Under the pieces are notes generated by a model. That model ran no database searches, was not told the origin of the DNA, and saw only the letters and a list, made by a program, of their open reading frames with translations. From assembly GCF_028641065.1 (NCBI RefSeq), contig NC_073404.1:14136001-14200000 (forward strand): a DNA stretch of 64,000 nt, given 5' to 3'. Position 1 is the first letter of the stretch. Every line of letters begins with the position of its first letter. This DNA is from Leucoraja erinacea. Lineage: Eukaryota. A program made the translations under genes and the position numbers. This document shows, one piece after another, positions 1 through 12,652 of this stretch.

Positions 1-560
1 TTTACATAAGTTTTTTTTGTAATTCTATGTGATCTATAGTCCCAAATAAAATTAGTAATATTAGAGTCTAATTTAAAAAATATATATTTTGGTATATATA
101 CTGGTATAGACTGAAATAGGTATAGTAATTGTGGTAGGAAGATCATTTTTATTGCATTTATTCTACCTAATAATGATAAAGGAAGTGTTTTTCAAAATTT
201 AATCAGCATATTAAGTTTAATATATAATTTAATAAAGGTATGAAATTAGCGTTGAATAATGCTTTATATTTTCTAGTAATCTGAATACCCAAATATTTAA
301 ATTTTTCTGTTGCGATTTTAAAGGGGAACTTCAATAAGTGTGTAGGTTCTTGAGGTTTTAATGTCATGATTTCAGTTTTATTCCAGTTTATTCTATATCC
401 AGAAAAAGACCCAAATTCCTCTGTTACATTTAATAAATTTGGTATGCTCGTTTGTGACTTTGTAATATATAAAAGTCTGCATATAATGAGATTTTATTCT
501 TTGAGTCCCTGGTATTATAGCCCTGAATATTCGGATGAATTCTTATACCTTCAGCCAGGG
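1..560 (-). mobile_element. L1/Tx1-clade LINE reverse transcriptase fragment (degenerate)
   Basis: Minus-strand translation EPLAEGIRIHPNIQGY...KISLYAD matches the L1-type RT region around YADD; the frame is broken downstream. Confidence 0.75.
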
Positions 561-986
561 GTTCTGTGTGATCCGTGTATTGAACAGTAAGTGTGTGATA
601 TAGCTCATCTATCATTTCACATATTTCAGTTAATTTTATTTTTAAATGTTTTCCCCCTGCATCTATCTGTTTCTGCACATTTCCCTCCCATTCTTCCTTC
701 CCCCTCCTTTGTGCAGTTTCCCTTGTGTTGCTTTAACGCACTTTGCACACAATTTTATGTCTTATATATATAAATATATATATATATGTGAGTTTGTGTG
801 TGTGTGAGAGGCAAGTTAGAGAAATAGATCTCAAAGGCCCTTCTCATAGATCAGAAGCAACTTTGATTTAAAGCAACACTATTTCTCTTTATCTTATTTT
901 CAGATGATGTACATAAACCATAAAGGCAATTATATTTATAAATATATACATATAAATATATTGATTCATATATATATAAATATTAA

Positions 987-988
<2 letters not shown>

Positions 989-1041
<53 letters not shown>

Positions 1042-1068
1042 ATTCACACACACACACACACACACACA
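989..1068. repeat. (TA)n(CA)n microsatellite
   Basis: Seen directly; its length differs in copies 3 and 4. Confidence 0.95.
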
Positions 1069-1758
1069 TATTATGAATTACTCTTTTTGCAAAACTGCAC
1101 ACAAAAATGTGACATCAGGGGTCAAATTTCAAATTCCTTAAAGAAAGTTGACAAAACACTTTATTGGGTTCATGACTAACATAGTATCAACAACAAATAT
1201 AAGAAAAGATAACACATTGATAGCAAGTTTCCAAAAGTGGCATCAGAATACATAAATTCATTTTGTGTAACGGTTGTCGCCTGGTGTCCACCAGTCACCT
1301 GGTTGGCACAGTAAGTGCACGTATTTCTCATTCCTTTCTTTGTTTATGAATACCACATGGAACAATAAAATTGCAAACACCATTTCCACTTCATTCATCT
1401 GATCATGTAGTGGAATACTGCATCCATCCGAGTGGAGACCGCTACGCGCATTGCACATCATACACACATGTACGCTGCGGTGCACTAAAAAAAAAACGTC
1501 CGTTTTGGTTTCCCAGAAAACGAGCGCTACATTATTAGTGAAAACCAAGCATTTTCTCCGATGTGAACATTACCTTATTGATTTCAGCGACATAGATGGC
1601 AAATGCTTGATTTGGGCTTTTTTTAATTGTAGATGAAATGTCTCCATCATGGTCATCGTGAAGATTCCCAAAGTCCACGTGACAGAATGAAGTTAGCAAT
1701 TTTTTCCATGCAGAAGGTAAGCAAGAGGCAGTGTGTTGCCAAATTGAAACTTGGCTCT

Positions 1759-3027
1759 TTTTGATGACCAATTTATGTAATATATATATATATGTGATAT
1801 AGATGTATGTCTGTGTGTGTGTATATTTCTCTAGTCTCTTTATCTACCTATCCATCTACCTATCTATAGATCTATAAATGAATTCCTAATATTGTGAATA
1901 AAATATCCATGAACACATGTCAAGATATTTTTCCATTTTATATTAGTGCATACATACCTAAAGTCAAATAACATACTTTTGCTTTTTTTGAGGCATAACG
2001 ACACATTTGTGTATCAGCAATATATTGCATGAACGCCTGCAATTTCAAATAATTTTAAATTGAAATTCATGAACAAAGAAAACACTTTTTACTTTCGTCA
2101 TTCTTTAGTAATATTTACATAATTTTGTGCATAAGATATACAATGTTGCAGTGTTTCGCATATCAGCTAACCAATCAGCTAAGTGATCTAAAATTCAATG
2201 TATTTCAAACAATGATAGCCCCACCCTTGCTTATCCCAAAGGAAAAAAAATTCCAACATATACAATAATAAATAAAATGTCATTTGCACAATTTTGTGTG
2301 GGTAACGGGAGGTTCTCATTCTTCCTCTTGAGTAACCAATGTCATTCATGGTAATATTTACATAATTTACATAATATTAACCCGCCGAACCCAATGCTGG
2401 TTATTCAAGAGGAAGAATGAGAACCTCCCATTACCCATACAAAATTGTGCAAATGACAATTTATTTATTATTGTTTTTTTTGTAAATTTTATCCTAGATA
2501 AATAAATAAATAGATAAATAAATAAATAGATAGATTAATAAAATGACGCAAATAAAAAGTGTTTTCCTTGTTTATGAAGTTCAATTTAGAATTATTTGAA
2601 ATTGCAGGTATTGGTGCAATATACTGCTCACCCACAAATGTGTCATGAGAAGTCTCAAAAAAAAGCAAAAGCATGTTATTTGACCAACTAATCGGCAGAA
2701 TTTAAATATGTAGGTATGTATGCATTACATTATATTACACTAATATAGAAAGAAAGAATGGAAAAATATCTTGACATGTGTTCATGGATATTTTATTCAC
2801 AATATTATTACATTTTATTCACAATAATATTCACAATATACATATATGAAACCCTATATATATACCCTAATATTCACAATATTATAATTTCATATATGTG
2901 TGTATATCTATATGTACATTTGAGAGAGAGAGAGAGAGAGACACACACACACAGACAGAGAGAGAGAGAGAGAAAGAAAAAGGTTGCTAAACAAATTAGA
3001 GGAAATCACAAGAAAGAAACTAGAGAA

Positions 3028-3067
<40 letters not shown>

Positions 3068-3118
3068 ATATATATACACATCACATATCTATATATACAC
3101 TATTTTTGGTCATCAAAA
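1759..3118. repeat. Long imperfect inverted repeat (palindrome), centre about 2339-2397
   Basis: Pairs: 1759-1770 with 3107-3118; about 50 bp at 1887-1937 with 2757-2807; about 1960-2100 with 2540-2685; 2263-2338 with 2398-2473. Confidence 0.9.
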
Positions 3119-3369
3119 TTGGTTGACAAGCATAGGTCTTTGAGATCTTGTCGACATCTGAAATTAGAGAAAATATCACATAGGATAAGAAAAACAAGTG
3201 ATTATAACTACATACCTGCAGAATGGATGATTTATCACTTAAGTGCAATTGTTTTCAGTTGTGGGGAGCGACCTGTATATTGAAAATGCATTTTCTTTCA
3301 TAGACCATTTAAGTATTTCCTTTCTATCCTCTTCTGGACCTAAGACACTAGCAGAACTGCCAACTCTCA

Positions 3370-3680
3370 CGCAGAGAGATAATGAGCCAGAGAGAGAGAG
3401 AGAGAGAGAGGCAGATAAGGCCGAGACAGAGGGCAGAGACAGAGGGAGAGGAAAGAGACAGAGAGAGAGAGATGGCAGAGACTGAGATGGCAGAGACAGA
3501 GAGAAAGGTCAGTGACAGAGAGAGAGGGTCAAGAGGGGCAGAGAGAGAGGGTTAGAGAAAGAGAAGGGAGCAGAGAGAGAGAGGTGCAGAGAGAGAGGGG
3601 GCAGAGAGAGAGGGGGCAGAGAGATGGGCAGAGAGAGAGAGAGATGGGGGCAGAGAGAGAGGAAGAAGGGAGGGAGAGAG
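3370..3680. repeat. GA-rich low-complexity tract
   Basis: Seen directly; homologues at 41460-41880 and 55645-55850. Confidence 0.9.
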
Positions 3681-3784
3681 GACACCATCACTGTATTCAG
3701 TTGTGGTTGTTCACTCTGCATTGTATGTGAGATGGATGGTATCAGTATCGTTCCACAGACCAGAAACATCATTTTTCCAATATA

Positions 3785-5185
3785 CAAGGAATTCCATCCA
3801 GATATTGTGGCAGGTGTCCAATCTGAAGGAGGAAAGTGGAGTCACAATATTTCCAATCAATAGCCTTGAGACAGTATCCTGCTATCAACAGCCACAACAG
3901 CATACGAAAGCACCGCCGGGGACGCAGAGGTGGGTTAAAGGCCAGGTTAGAGCTAGCCCCACACAGGGTAGCGATTCCTAGCCTTTTTCTCGCCAACGTG
4001 CGCTCACTGGTAAACAAAACGGACGAACTCCGGCTAAGGATCACCTCCCACAACTGGATCAAAGACAGTATCCTGCTATCAACAGCCGTGAGACAAAACA
4101 TCCCGAAGTCCTAGTCATTGTAGCTAGCGACTTCAATCAAGCCAACCTCAGGGGTGTACTACCAAAGTACTATTAGCATGTCTCTTCCACCAGGGCCAGA
4201 ACATCTTCGACCATCGCGACACATCAATAAAAGACATTTACCGCTCTGTTCGGCGGCCACATTTCATGAAATCTTATCACCTGGCCGTGCTTCCACTTCC
4301 TGCCTACAAACAAAAACCAAAAGAGGAGGATCCGGTGCAGTGAATTGTTCAATGCTTGGCGGTGGACATAGATGACATCCTAGGCAACTGCTTTGAGTCA
4401 GTAGACTATTCCATCTTCAGGGATTCTGCAGACAACCTGAATTAGTATACCACTACCATGACGGACTTCATCTGCAAGTGTGTAGAGGAGTGCGTGCCAA
4501 CAAAGACAATCTGAGTGTTCCCCAACTGGAAAGCATGGACGAACCATGAGATACATTCACAGGCGAAGGCCATGTCCACTGCAGACAAGTCAAGCAATCC
4601 TGAGCAGTACAAGAAAGCTTGATATAATTTTCACTGTCATCAAGGATGTCAAGAGACAATACCAGGACAAACTTGAGTCCCAATATAATAATTCAGATAC
4701 CTGCAGAATGTGGCAAGGTCAGAATACCGAAACTAGCTACAGAGTTACATCAGGCAACATCACTGGTGATACTGCGGCCCCACCAGACGAACATAATGTT
4801 TTCTATGCTCCCTTTGAGCAGAAGGTCAACAGGGTGATGAGTGATGACATCTATCCAATCAGACTCATTTATGCCTCTTCCCATGGTCAATGTTGTTGAA
4901 GTTAGCTTGGCCTTCCTGAGGGTGAAAGCAACTGGCTGTATCCTTAGAAACTGCGTGGACCATACTGCGGGAGTATTCTTGAATTTCTTTCATCTCTCCC
5001 TACTGCGTTCCCACCTGCTTCAGGAAGACCACTATCATCCCAATGACAAAGGAAAGCAAGATCTCATACCTTAATGACCATTGTACAGCAGACATCCATC
5101 CATCCAGGCTTTTGGAGGCTGACTCTGGAATGCATCTAGTCTACCAATCAGCTTTGACCCACTGCAGTTCGCCTACCGCTGCAAC
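3785..5185 (+). mobile_element. Rex1/Babar-type LINE remnants (nested, internally deleted)
   Basis: HRRGRRGGLKARL...IPSLFLANVRSLVNK (start of the APE domain), followed by a decayed VIVASDFNQANL and RT remnants. Confidence 0.75.
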
Positions 5186-6424
5186 AGGATGTGATAGATA
5201 GATCAAATAATTTATTATCAAGAAGCAACCTTGTAAAGTAGAAGTTTAACAGATAGCCCACACACAATTTTAAGCAAGAAACTGTTTGTGGGGGACTCTG
5301 GGGGAGAGTAAATGGTGTCGAAACTGGCCTTATTGCCCGGGATGGTCAAATAAACATGTCTAAATCATTCATAGGCCAGAGATTAAAAAGTAAGAAAACT
5401 GGGAGGCTGCTGGAATTTTGGCTGATGTGATTGTGTTTTTAATCAATCTGTTCCCTTTTTCCCTTTTGCTCCACCTGATGTACTCGTATTTGGTATGATT
5501 TATCTGGATAGTATGTGAACAACATTTTTCACTCTATCTTGGTACACACTAATAATAAACAAATACCAATACAGAACAACTAGAAACTGCAACTCACCAA
5601 TAAGTCACATTTGTAGAATGTTACCTCTATGCCTCTTCCTGTCCTCACAGACGTTTGTGAATTGCTAACTTCTTGATCCACGTTGATGGGGAATCATTTT
5701 GCCCAAATGTCACATTTGTGTTGGAGCCTGCAAAAGACAATCCCTGTAAACAATAGCTGACAATTCTTGAAGAAAATGTCAGAATGGTCAATCAGTTCTC
5801 TCCTTGCAATTATTTAAATGTACTTACCGTCTCAGTACTGCAGTTGTTCCTTCATTGGCAACCACGCCTTTAGCTGCACCGGTCACAGGCATTGGAATGC
5901 ACCTCCATCAGTCCAAATAGAAGCGGGGGGGGGGAAGGGAAGTGGGGTGGGAAGGTAACAAGGAAAATAGTTTGTTATATTTGTTCCAGTTCTGTTGATT
6001 CGAGCAGTGGAAGTTAAGGTTTAGGCAGGACATTTATAAGGAGAGGGAGCTGGAGTGGGTATTGTCAGGGGAATGGGTAGATAATGTGGTAACAGGTAAA
6101 TAGTTGAGAGGAAAGAGTTTGAAATGGAACACCAGAGTTTTCGTTAAGGTAAGAGAACGTGGGCAAGGGGGCACTTTGAGGGCGGTTGGGCAAAGTAGGC
6201 ACAAAAGTGACAGGTAGTGGAACAACAGCATTGGAACGAGATAGGATGGATATAAAAGTCGTAGATGTGGTGTCTGCACACTTTGAACTGACGGATGGAC
6301 ATTCCACCATATGACCTGGGATCACAGTGACTGCAGTTTTACAACTAAAATAAAACAAAGTGAACTAAATTAGTAATGCTGATGTTCAGACTTACAATGC
6401 AGCTGGAACCATAAGAAGTCTATA

Positions 6425-6660
6425 AGACCATGACACATAGGAGCAGTAATAGACCATTCGGCCCATCAAGTTAACTCCATCATTCAATCATAACTGATCT
6501 GTTTATCTTTCTCAACCCCATTCTGCCTTCTCCCCCAACCTTTGAAACCCTTACTAATCAAAAACCTATAAATCTCTGCTTTAAAAATACTTAATGTCTT
6601 GGCCTCCTCAGCGATCTGCAGCAATGAATTCCACAAATTCACCACCCTCTGGCTAAAGAA
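6425..6660 (-). mobile_element. CR1 LINE 3' fragment
   Basis: FFSQRVVNLWNSL...FK.EI.RFL..KG.KG is the typical CR1 ORF2 C-terminus. Confidence 0.8.
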
Positions 6661-7354
6661 AATCAATATATTTTTCAAGTGCGAGTGTCCCTAATAGGAT
6701 TTGCATTTATTGCCTATTTTCAATTGCCCTTGAGAAAGCGATGGGGGACTACCATCTTGAACCATCGCAGTTCATCTGGTAAAGATCCTCACACAGCAGT
6801 GTACATTGCTGGGACACTTCAGGATGTGAATTTGCTGCGGCCTGATGCCAGGCAGCAGAAATCCTCCCTCAAGGAGGTTCATTTAAATGCCACAATAAAA
6901 CCAGAAAATGCTGGAAATACTCAGCCGATCAGGCTACATCTGTAGGAAGAGAAATAGAGTTGAGATTTTAGGTCAAAGACCCTTCATTGGAACTGGAAAG
7001 TAAAAGAAGTGTTATCAGTCTGCAGAGCTTCAATCTAAATTTATCAGGATTATTTAAGGGAACGGTGATTGCTATATTATATTGTATTGCTATATCTATA
7101 TTATAGATTGTGTTATATTTCCATCACTGGTGAAATGGTTTATCTCATAGTGTTTTAATATCGTACGGTATTTAAATAATAGATTGGCCAATAGATTACG
7201 TTGTCTCAAATTCTTATTTTACAAGGCGAACTTACCTCGATAGCTGGTTACCGAACAACAGGGCAGTAAAGTTTCTCCAACATCCTTTGTGAAAAGGATT
7301 CTTATCATTTTGATATGTCCTCAAAATCTGTCAGCAAGAAAATCATATTGATCA

Positions 7355-7615
7355 GACAATGGACAATAGAGAATAGGTGCAGGAGTCGGCCATTTGCCCC
7401 TACACGCCAGCGCCACCATCCACTGTGATCATGGCTGATCAACCACACAATCCGTACCCAGTTCCAGCCTTCTCCCCATACTCCTTGACTCCGCTTTCTT
7501 TAACAGCTTTATCTAACTCTCTTTTGAAAGCATCCAGAGAATTGGCCTGATGCAGAGAATTCCACAGATTCACAACTCTCTGGATGAAAACCACAGATGC
7601 ACAACTCTCTGAGTG
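7355..7615 (-). mobile_element. CR1 LINE 3' fragment
   Basis: FIQRVVNLWNSL...AFKRELDKA.KESGVK.YGEKAGTGY. Confidence 0.8.
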
Positions 7616-10600
7616 AAAATCAGGTATTATCAGCAAAGTATAAAATAAATATATTCAGTGGGTGTTTCCAGTTGTTATTTCAGAGTTCCAGCACTGCAGT
7701 ATTTTGATTTTACACCAAGTGACTTGACTCCACTCCCTGTGGACCAGCAGATGTAGGGACTTTTCTTCCCCACTCTGCACCCACAGCCCATCCCCCAGGC
7801 TCACTTGGTAATTTATTGAAACAGCCCAGATCCAAATTGAACATCGTAACATTGCAGTTAATGACGTCAACAACTCAACTGATTTAAAATGGCTAACCTG
7901 TGCTTTATGGCAGGTAGCAAGACAAGGAATCACCACACCACTAAATCCAAAAGGTGATTCAGAAAACTCCTTTGCCATAACAGCAGGTGGTATTTTGAAC
8001 AATAATTAAGGCAAATGACACGAATAGCTTCAAGGGAGGCCAGAGAAATACACGAGTCATGGGATGAATAAATAAGGGTGGGGAGAGGCTCTTGTGAACC
8101 CTAAACACAGACTAGGTTAAATCCCTGTTTCTGTGTTTAAATGAAGTGAAAATTAAATTACAACTGTTATCTTTACTTTTACCTGCTCATACGTGGTCAG
8201 TCCAGCTGCGATGAGGTAAGTGTGGAAAGCGAAAAATAAAGATAACGGTACAGAAGCAAGAAGCGAAATTGTAGCAAGAATAAAACTGCAAAACATTATT
8301 AAGGAAAATATCATTTCTTGCAATCAACATCAAAAGAGACAAGTAAATTGTTTAATTAATCTTCAGGCAAGAAATTCTGCTAGAGATTTATCCCCTGGAT
8401 TTTTACCTGAAAATGTTGTGCTTTATTTCGAGTTATTAATTCAAATGTTCACAAAACCGATCCATCTTTGCATTAAAAACGCTTGTTTTTTTCCGCTGAT
8501 GACGTGACAATGGATTGGCCTGCCGTCTGCTCGCACTGCGATTGATGTCACCTCCCACCCCTCCCTCCTCCTCCCCCCCCGTTGTTCAAGATACCTGTCG
8601 ACTGAAGACATTTGCCCGATCGCGCCTCAACTCGGGCCCTCGAGCTTTGGTCGAAGCACGCTCGCACCTCGGCTTCGGTTTCCCGAGAATTCCTGTGAGG
8701 TTTGGTCGACGCAAGCTCACGGCGTCGAGGAAAGAGATAAAAAAGATTTCCCCACGCCCACATAATATAAAAACTAAATGGTCACTAAAATCATAAGTAA
8801 ACACAGACCAAAATAGCAAAAGAAAAAAAAGACGAGACAGGCTGTTGGCGCGGTTGCCCTGTATGGTGCCAGCATTGTAACCTAACATGTGAGGGCTGTC
8901 TTTAACCTGGGTGGTTATGGGGTGAAATGATGCAGGATCCATCACTGATACGTTAGGCTCAATAGGCTACTTCTGTACTGCTTAATTATCTGGAATGCTG
9001 GAGTCTAATTTATTAAGCACTTTGCAATGTGGGATATACTGTGCTAATAACTACAGACAACATAACTTTCTTTCAAATGTCAGTAAAAGGATACGTGGTG
9101 ATCTTGGATAGAAATAGTGCATTGGGATTTTTCACTAGAAAGATAGTGCAGAAGGAAAACATGAGAAGAAAATAGACAGTTAAGGAAAAGAGTAAAGTGT
9201 AGAAAAAATGATGATTTCTTTTCCCAATGCACTTTTTAAGGAAGAACCAGTGATGGTCAAGATCCTGTTGACAACACAGAATTGACAATTTCAGCACTCA
9301 GCAATTTTTTGTACATTATATAAACCATCTCAATTGTTTTCTGATAGTTTTGTTAAAAATAATCTATCTTTAAAATTATTTTAATTCTCTGCCTTTTTCC
9401 CATTTTTATAGTCAGATCAGCTACACTTTGATCATCCAACAGCTCAACCAGCACAATGCACCACAAAAAATCTCCCTGCTCATGACCTAAATGTAATTCG
9501 AATGAATTTGGGAAATTTTGGAAAAGATTTAATAGGAATGTGAGGGGCTTTTTATTTACACATAGAGTGGTGGGTATATGGAACAGGTGCCAAAGGCGGT
9601 AGTTGAAGCAAATACTACAACCACATTTGGACAGGTATATGGATAGAAAAGGTTTAGAGGGACATGGGTCACATGTGGGCAGTTGGGATTAGGGTAGATG
9701 GGGCACCTTGGTGGGCAAATTGGATCAAAAGGCCTGTGTGCATGCTGTATGACTCTGCCGAACAGAACACAACTGTGTGATTCTGGATTGTGCTATCTCC
9801 AACTAATTCATTCACAACAACTCAGCATCGTTGGCTTGGCTAGCATGTATTGCTCATCTATAGCTACCCTCAAACTGGCTGACATGGTCCAGGGATCCCA
9901 TAATGGGCAAGTGGAAACATTTACTTAACAAGGCCCTGTTCCGAACTGAGAGAAACGATCATGGTGTTATCTTCGGTCACTTTTTCAGGCCAAGTATTGC
10001 TTGAGGACATTTGTCTATAACTCTTTGTGGCAGCCTTGTTACAGAAAAACAGATGCCCAAAATATTGCCCACGGACACTGTATATACTTTACCCACTGCT
10101 CTCCTAGCAGGCACTCTGAACTGCAGTGACCTTTCATAACTCCGAACAATCAAAAAGGAGAATTCCTCAAAGAACAATGGATCAAATTTGTTCTAGATTT
10201 TACCTCTATACACACATCGCAGCTGTAGCAGTGTCGACATCTTGGGGGACGGTAGATCTTACAGATATGGCACCACTTGCTGGTAAATATGGTGCCATTG
10301 ATCATCACCTCTGGTGCATCCAGAACCCCACTGACGTCGACAGAATCTGAAACAAAAGGGAATTGAACTGTGAAGATGGAGGTCCATTAACTTGCGGTGA
10401 CATTTCACGAACTACCTATACTGGGTAGGTGGTGGAAATGTCATTTACGGGCATTTTTAAAACATGATCACCATGTATGCTTCAAAGCAGTTATGGAAAA
10501 GGATAAAGTTTATCTTCAGGTTAAGCTAAAATGGAGAATGCTGATTTCAATAGTGCAAGTGAGCCCTCAGCAAAAGTAGATTGGGAGCAAATGTCAGCGG

Positions 10601-10711
10601 GTAAAACAATACCTGACGAGTGGGAGTCTTTTAAAAGCGATTTAGTGTTTAGGGACACTGTTTCCTGTTTCACTCAAACAACAAATGTCTTGCACTCCCA
10701 CTCTCAGTGAA

Positions 10712-11410
10712 AGGGGCGCCGTCGAATGTAGCTGCCCTGCCAGCAGCTGTTATTCCTTACACCCTTTACTTTATTTTTAGTGAGTTGGCAGTGTTTGTTT
10801 TGGAGGTCTAATCTTTTATATGTGGGGGGTGAGGGGGCAGGGAAGGGGGAAACTTTTTTTTTCCCAGTCCCTACCTGGTCGGAGATGCGACTTTTCTCTG
10901 AGCCGCATCTTCGCCCCTTCCTCACGGCCTACCACGGGCCTGGAGCGGCGTTTCCTGCTGGGACTTCAGTGGTGGCACAGCGCTGAAGCGCCATCACAGA
11001 GCGGGCGATGCCTTACCTGGGTCGCCGTGCGGTGGGCTGAGGAGTGCTGAGACCGCCGATTCCAACATTGCGGAGCTGCGTTCAGTGGAGCGTCCAGCTG
11101 CGGGGCTGTGCTGAACTTTAAACACTGCGGAGCCTGGGATCTCTCGCCGAGCTCCAACCAGTGCGGCCTGTGGACTTTGGGAGCCGCATTCTCCGGGGAG
11201 GAAGCGGCCATTCCAGACACTCCAAGCCGCTGAGAGGGTTCTGCCCACGCCGGAGTTCCAACATTCGACGAGAGGGCCTGAAGCATAGGCTGCCGTAGTG
11301 GCAACTGCGAAGGCCTCAAATAGGCCCGACCATGGGTGAGCAGGGGTTAGGACTGGACTTTGTGCCTTCCCTCACAGTGGGAACCAATGTGGGGGCATGT
11401 TTTTATGTTT
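10712..11410 (+). mobile_element. GC-rich non-autonomous interspersed repeat (LINE-tail dependent), interrupted by a MITE
   Basis: GC-rich body with no coherent ORF; in copy 2 its LINE-like 3' tail resumes at 19046-19150, after the MITE. Confidence 0.5.
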
Positions 11411-12652
11411 ATAGGGAGGTTGCACGTAAGGTCATCGGGTCAAAGTGCGTGACGCACGAGCAGCTCAATCCATGTGGAGGACATGGCAGCATCTGGCACA
11501 CACTTAACACACGGAACGCGTACCTTATTACCTGTTAAAAAACGCCAAAATTGTCATTTTTTGTGCTATAAATATTTGTGGGTGCTGTCATTGAAAGTGG
11601 GAAGGTTTGCTCTGAACCCGAGCACCAAGGTGTAAGCGGCCGAAGGAGCACACCTCGGGACAGCCCCCACTCTCCCACCCGGGGTCAGCGCTGTATCCTT
11701 AGAAACTGCGTGGACCATATTTGGGAGTATTCTTGGATTTCTTTCATCTCTCCCTACTGCATTCCCACCTGCTTCAGGAAGACCACTATCATCCCAATGA
11801 CAAAGAAAAGCAAGATCTCGTGCCTTAATGACCACCGTACAGCAGACATCCATCCATCCATGCTTTTGGAGGCTGGCTCTGGAATGCATCCAGTCTACCA
11901 ATCAGCATTGACCCACTGCAGTTCGCCTACTGCTGCAACAGGTCCATGGCTGATGCCATCTCCCTGATGCTACACTCATCCCTGGAACACCTGGATAAGA
12001 GAGACACCTACGTCAGACTTCTATTCATAGACTACAGCTCTTTAATACCATTATCCTATCCAAGCTCAACACCAAACATGATGTGATAGATCAAATAATT
12101 TATTATCAAGAAGCAACCTTGTAAAGTAGAAGTTTAACAGATAGCCCACACAATTTTCAGCAAGAAACTGTTTGTGGGGGACTCTGGGGGAGAGTTAATG
12201 GTGTCGAAACTGGCCTTATTGCCCGCGATGGTCAAATAAACAAGTCTAAATCAGTCATAGGCCAGAGATTAAAAAGGAAGAAAACTGGGAGGCTGCTGGA
12301 ATTTTGGCTGTTTGATTGTGTTTTTAAGCAATCTGTTCCCTTTTTCCCTTTTGCTCCACCTGATGTACTCGTATTTGGTATGATTTATCTGGATAATATG
12401 TGAACAACATTTTTCACTATATCTTGGTGCATACTAATAATAAACAAGTACCAATACAGGACAAGTAGAAACTGCAACTCACCAATAAGTCACATTTGTA
12501 GAATGTTACCTCTATGCCTCTTCCTGTCCTCACAGACGTTTGTGAATTGCTAACTTCTTGATCCACGTTGATGGAGAATCATTTTGCCCAAATGTCACAT
12601 TTGTGTTGGAGCCTGCAAAAGACAATCCCTGTAACAATGGCTGACAATTCTT

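Larger units (their letters stand above)
6065..10346 (-). pseudogene. ZDHHC19-like palmitoyltransferase, copy 1 (exons 3-7 only; DHHW; frameshifted tail)
   Basis: GT-AG exons 10346-10204, 9264-9095, 8285-8183, 7327-7236 and 6344-6065. The catalytic codon is TGG (DHHW). A small deletion near 6100 shifts the C-terminus. Upstream exons are cut off by the junction at 11690. Confidence 0.8.
560..11694. repeat. Segmental duplication unit, copy 1
   Basis: Collinear, high-identity matches to 38530-51744 and 54321-63845, and (from 4935) to 11690-18616. Confidence 0.95.

Noticed and set aside
1258-1771. Minus-strand ORFs (96 and 78 aa) conserved between copies, considered as viral or transposase genes
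   Set aside because: No recognisable motif; conservation is explained by recent duplication, and frames shift between copies.
3243-3863. Arg/Glu-rich and Leu/Ser-rich ORFs
   Set aside because: Translations of GA microsatellite; the same applies to 41438-41900, 53112-54228 and 55636-56032.
7896-8026. AG...GT bounded segment between ZDHHC exons 5 and 6
   Set aside because: All three frames contain stops, and exons 5 and 6 join correctly without it.
10994-11248. ...HGDPG followed by GTAAGG, considered as the DPG exon of the ZDHHC gene
   Set aside because: It lies inside a GC-rich repeat with no preceding TM helix; a better exon (TM2-NPG) is at 21159-21280.
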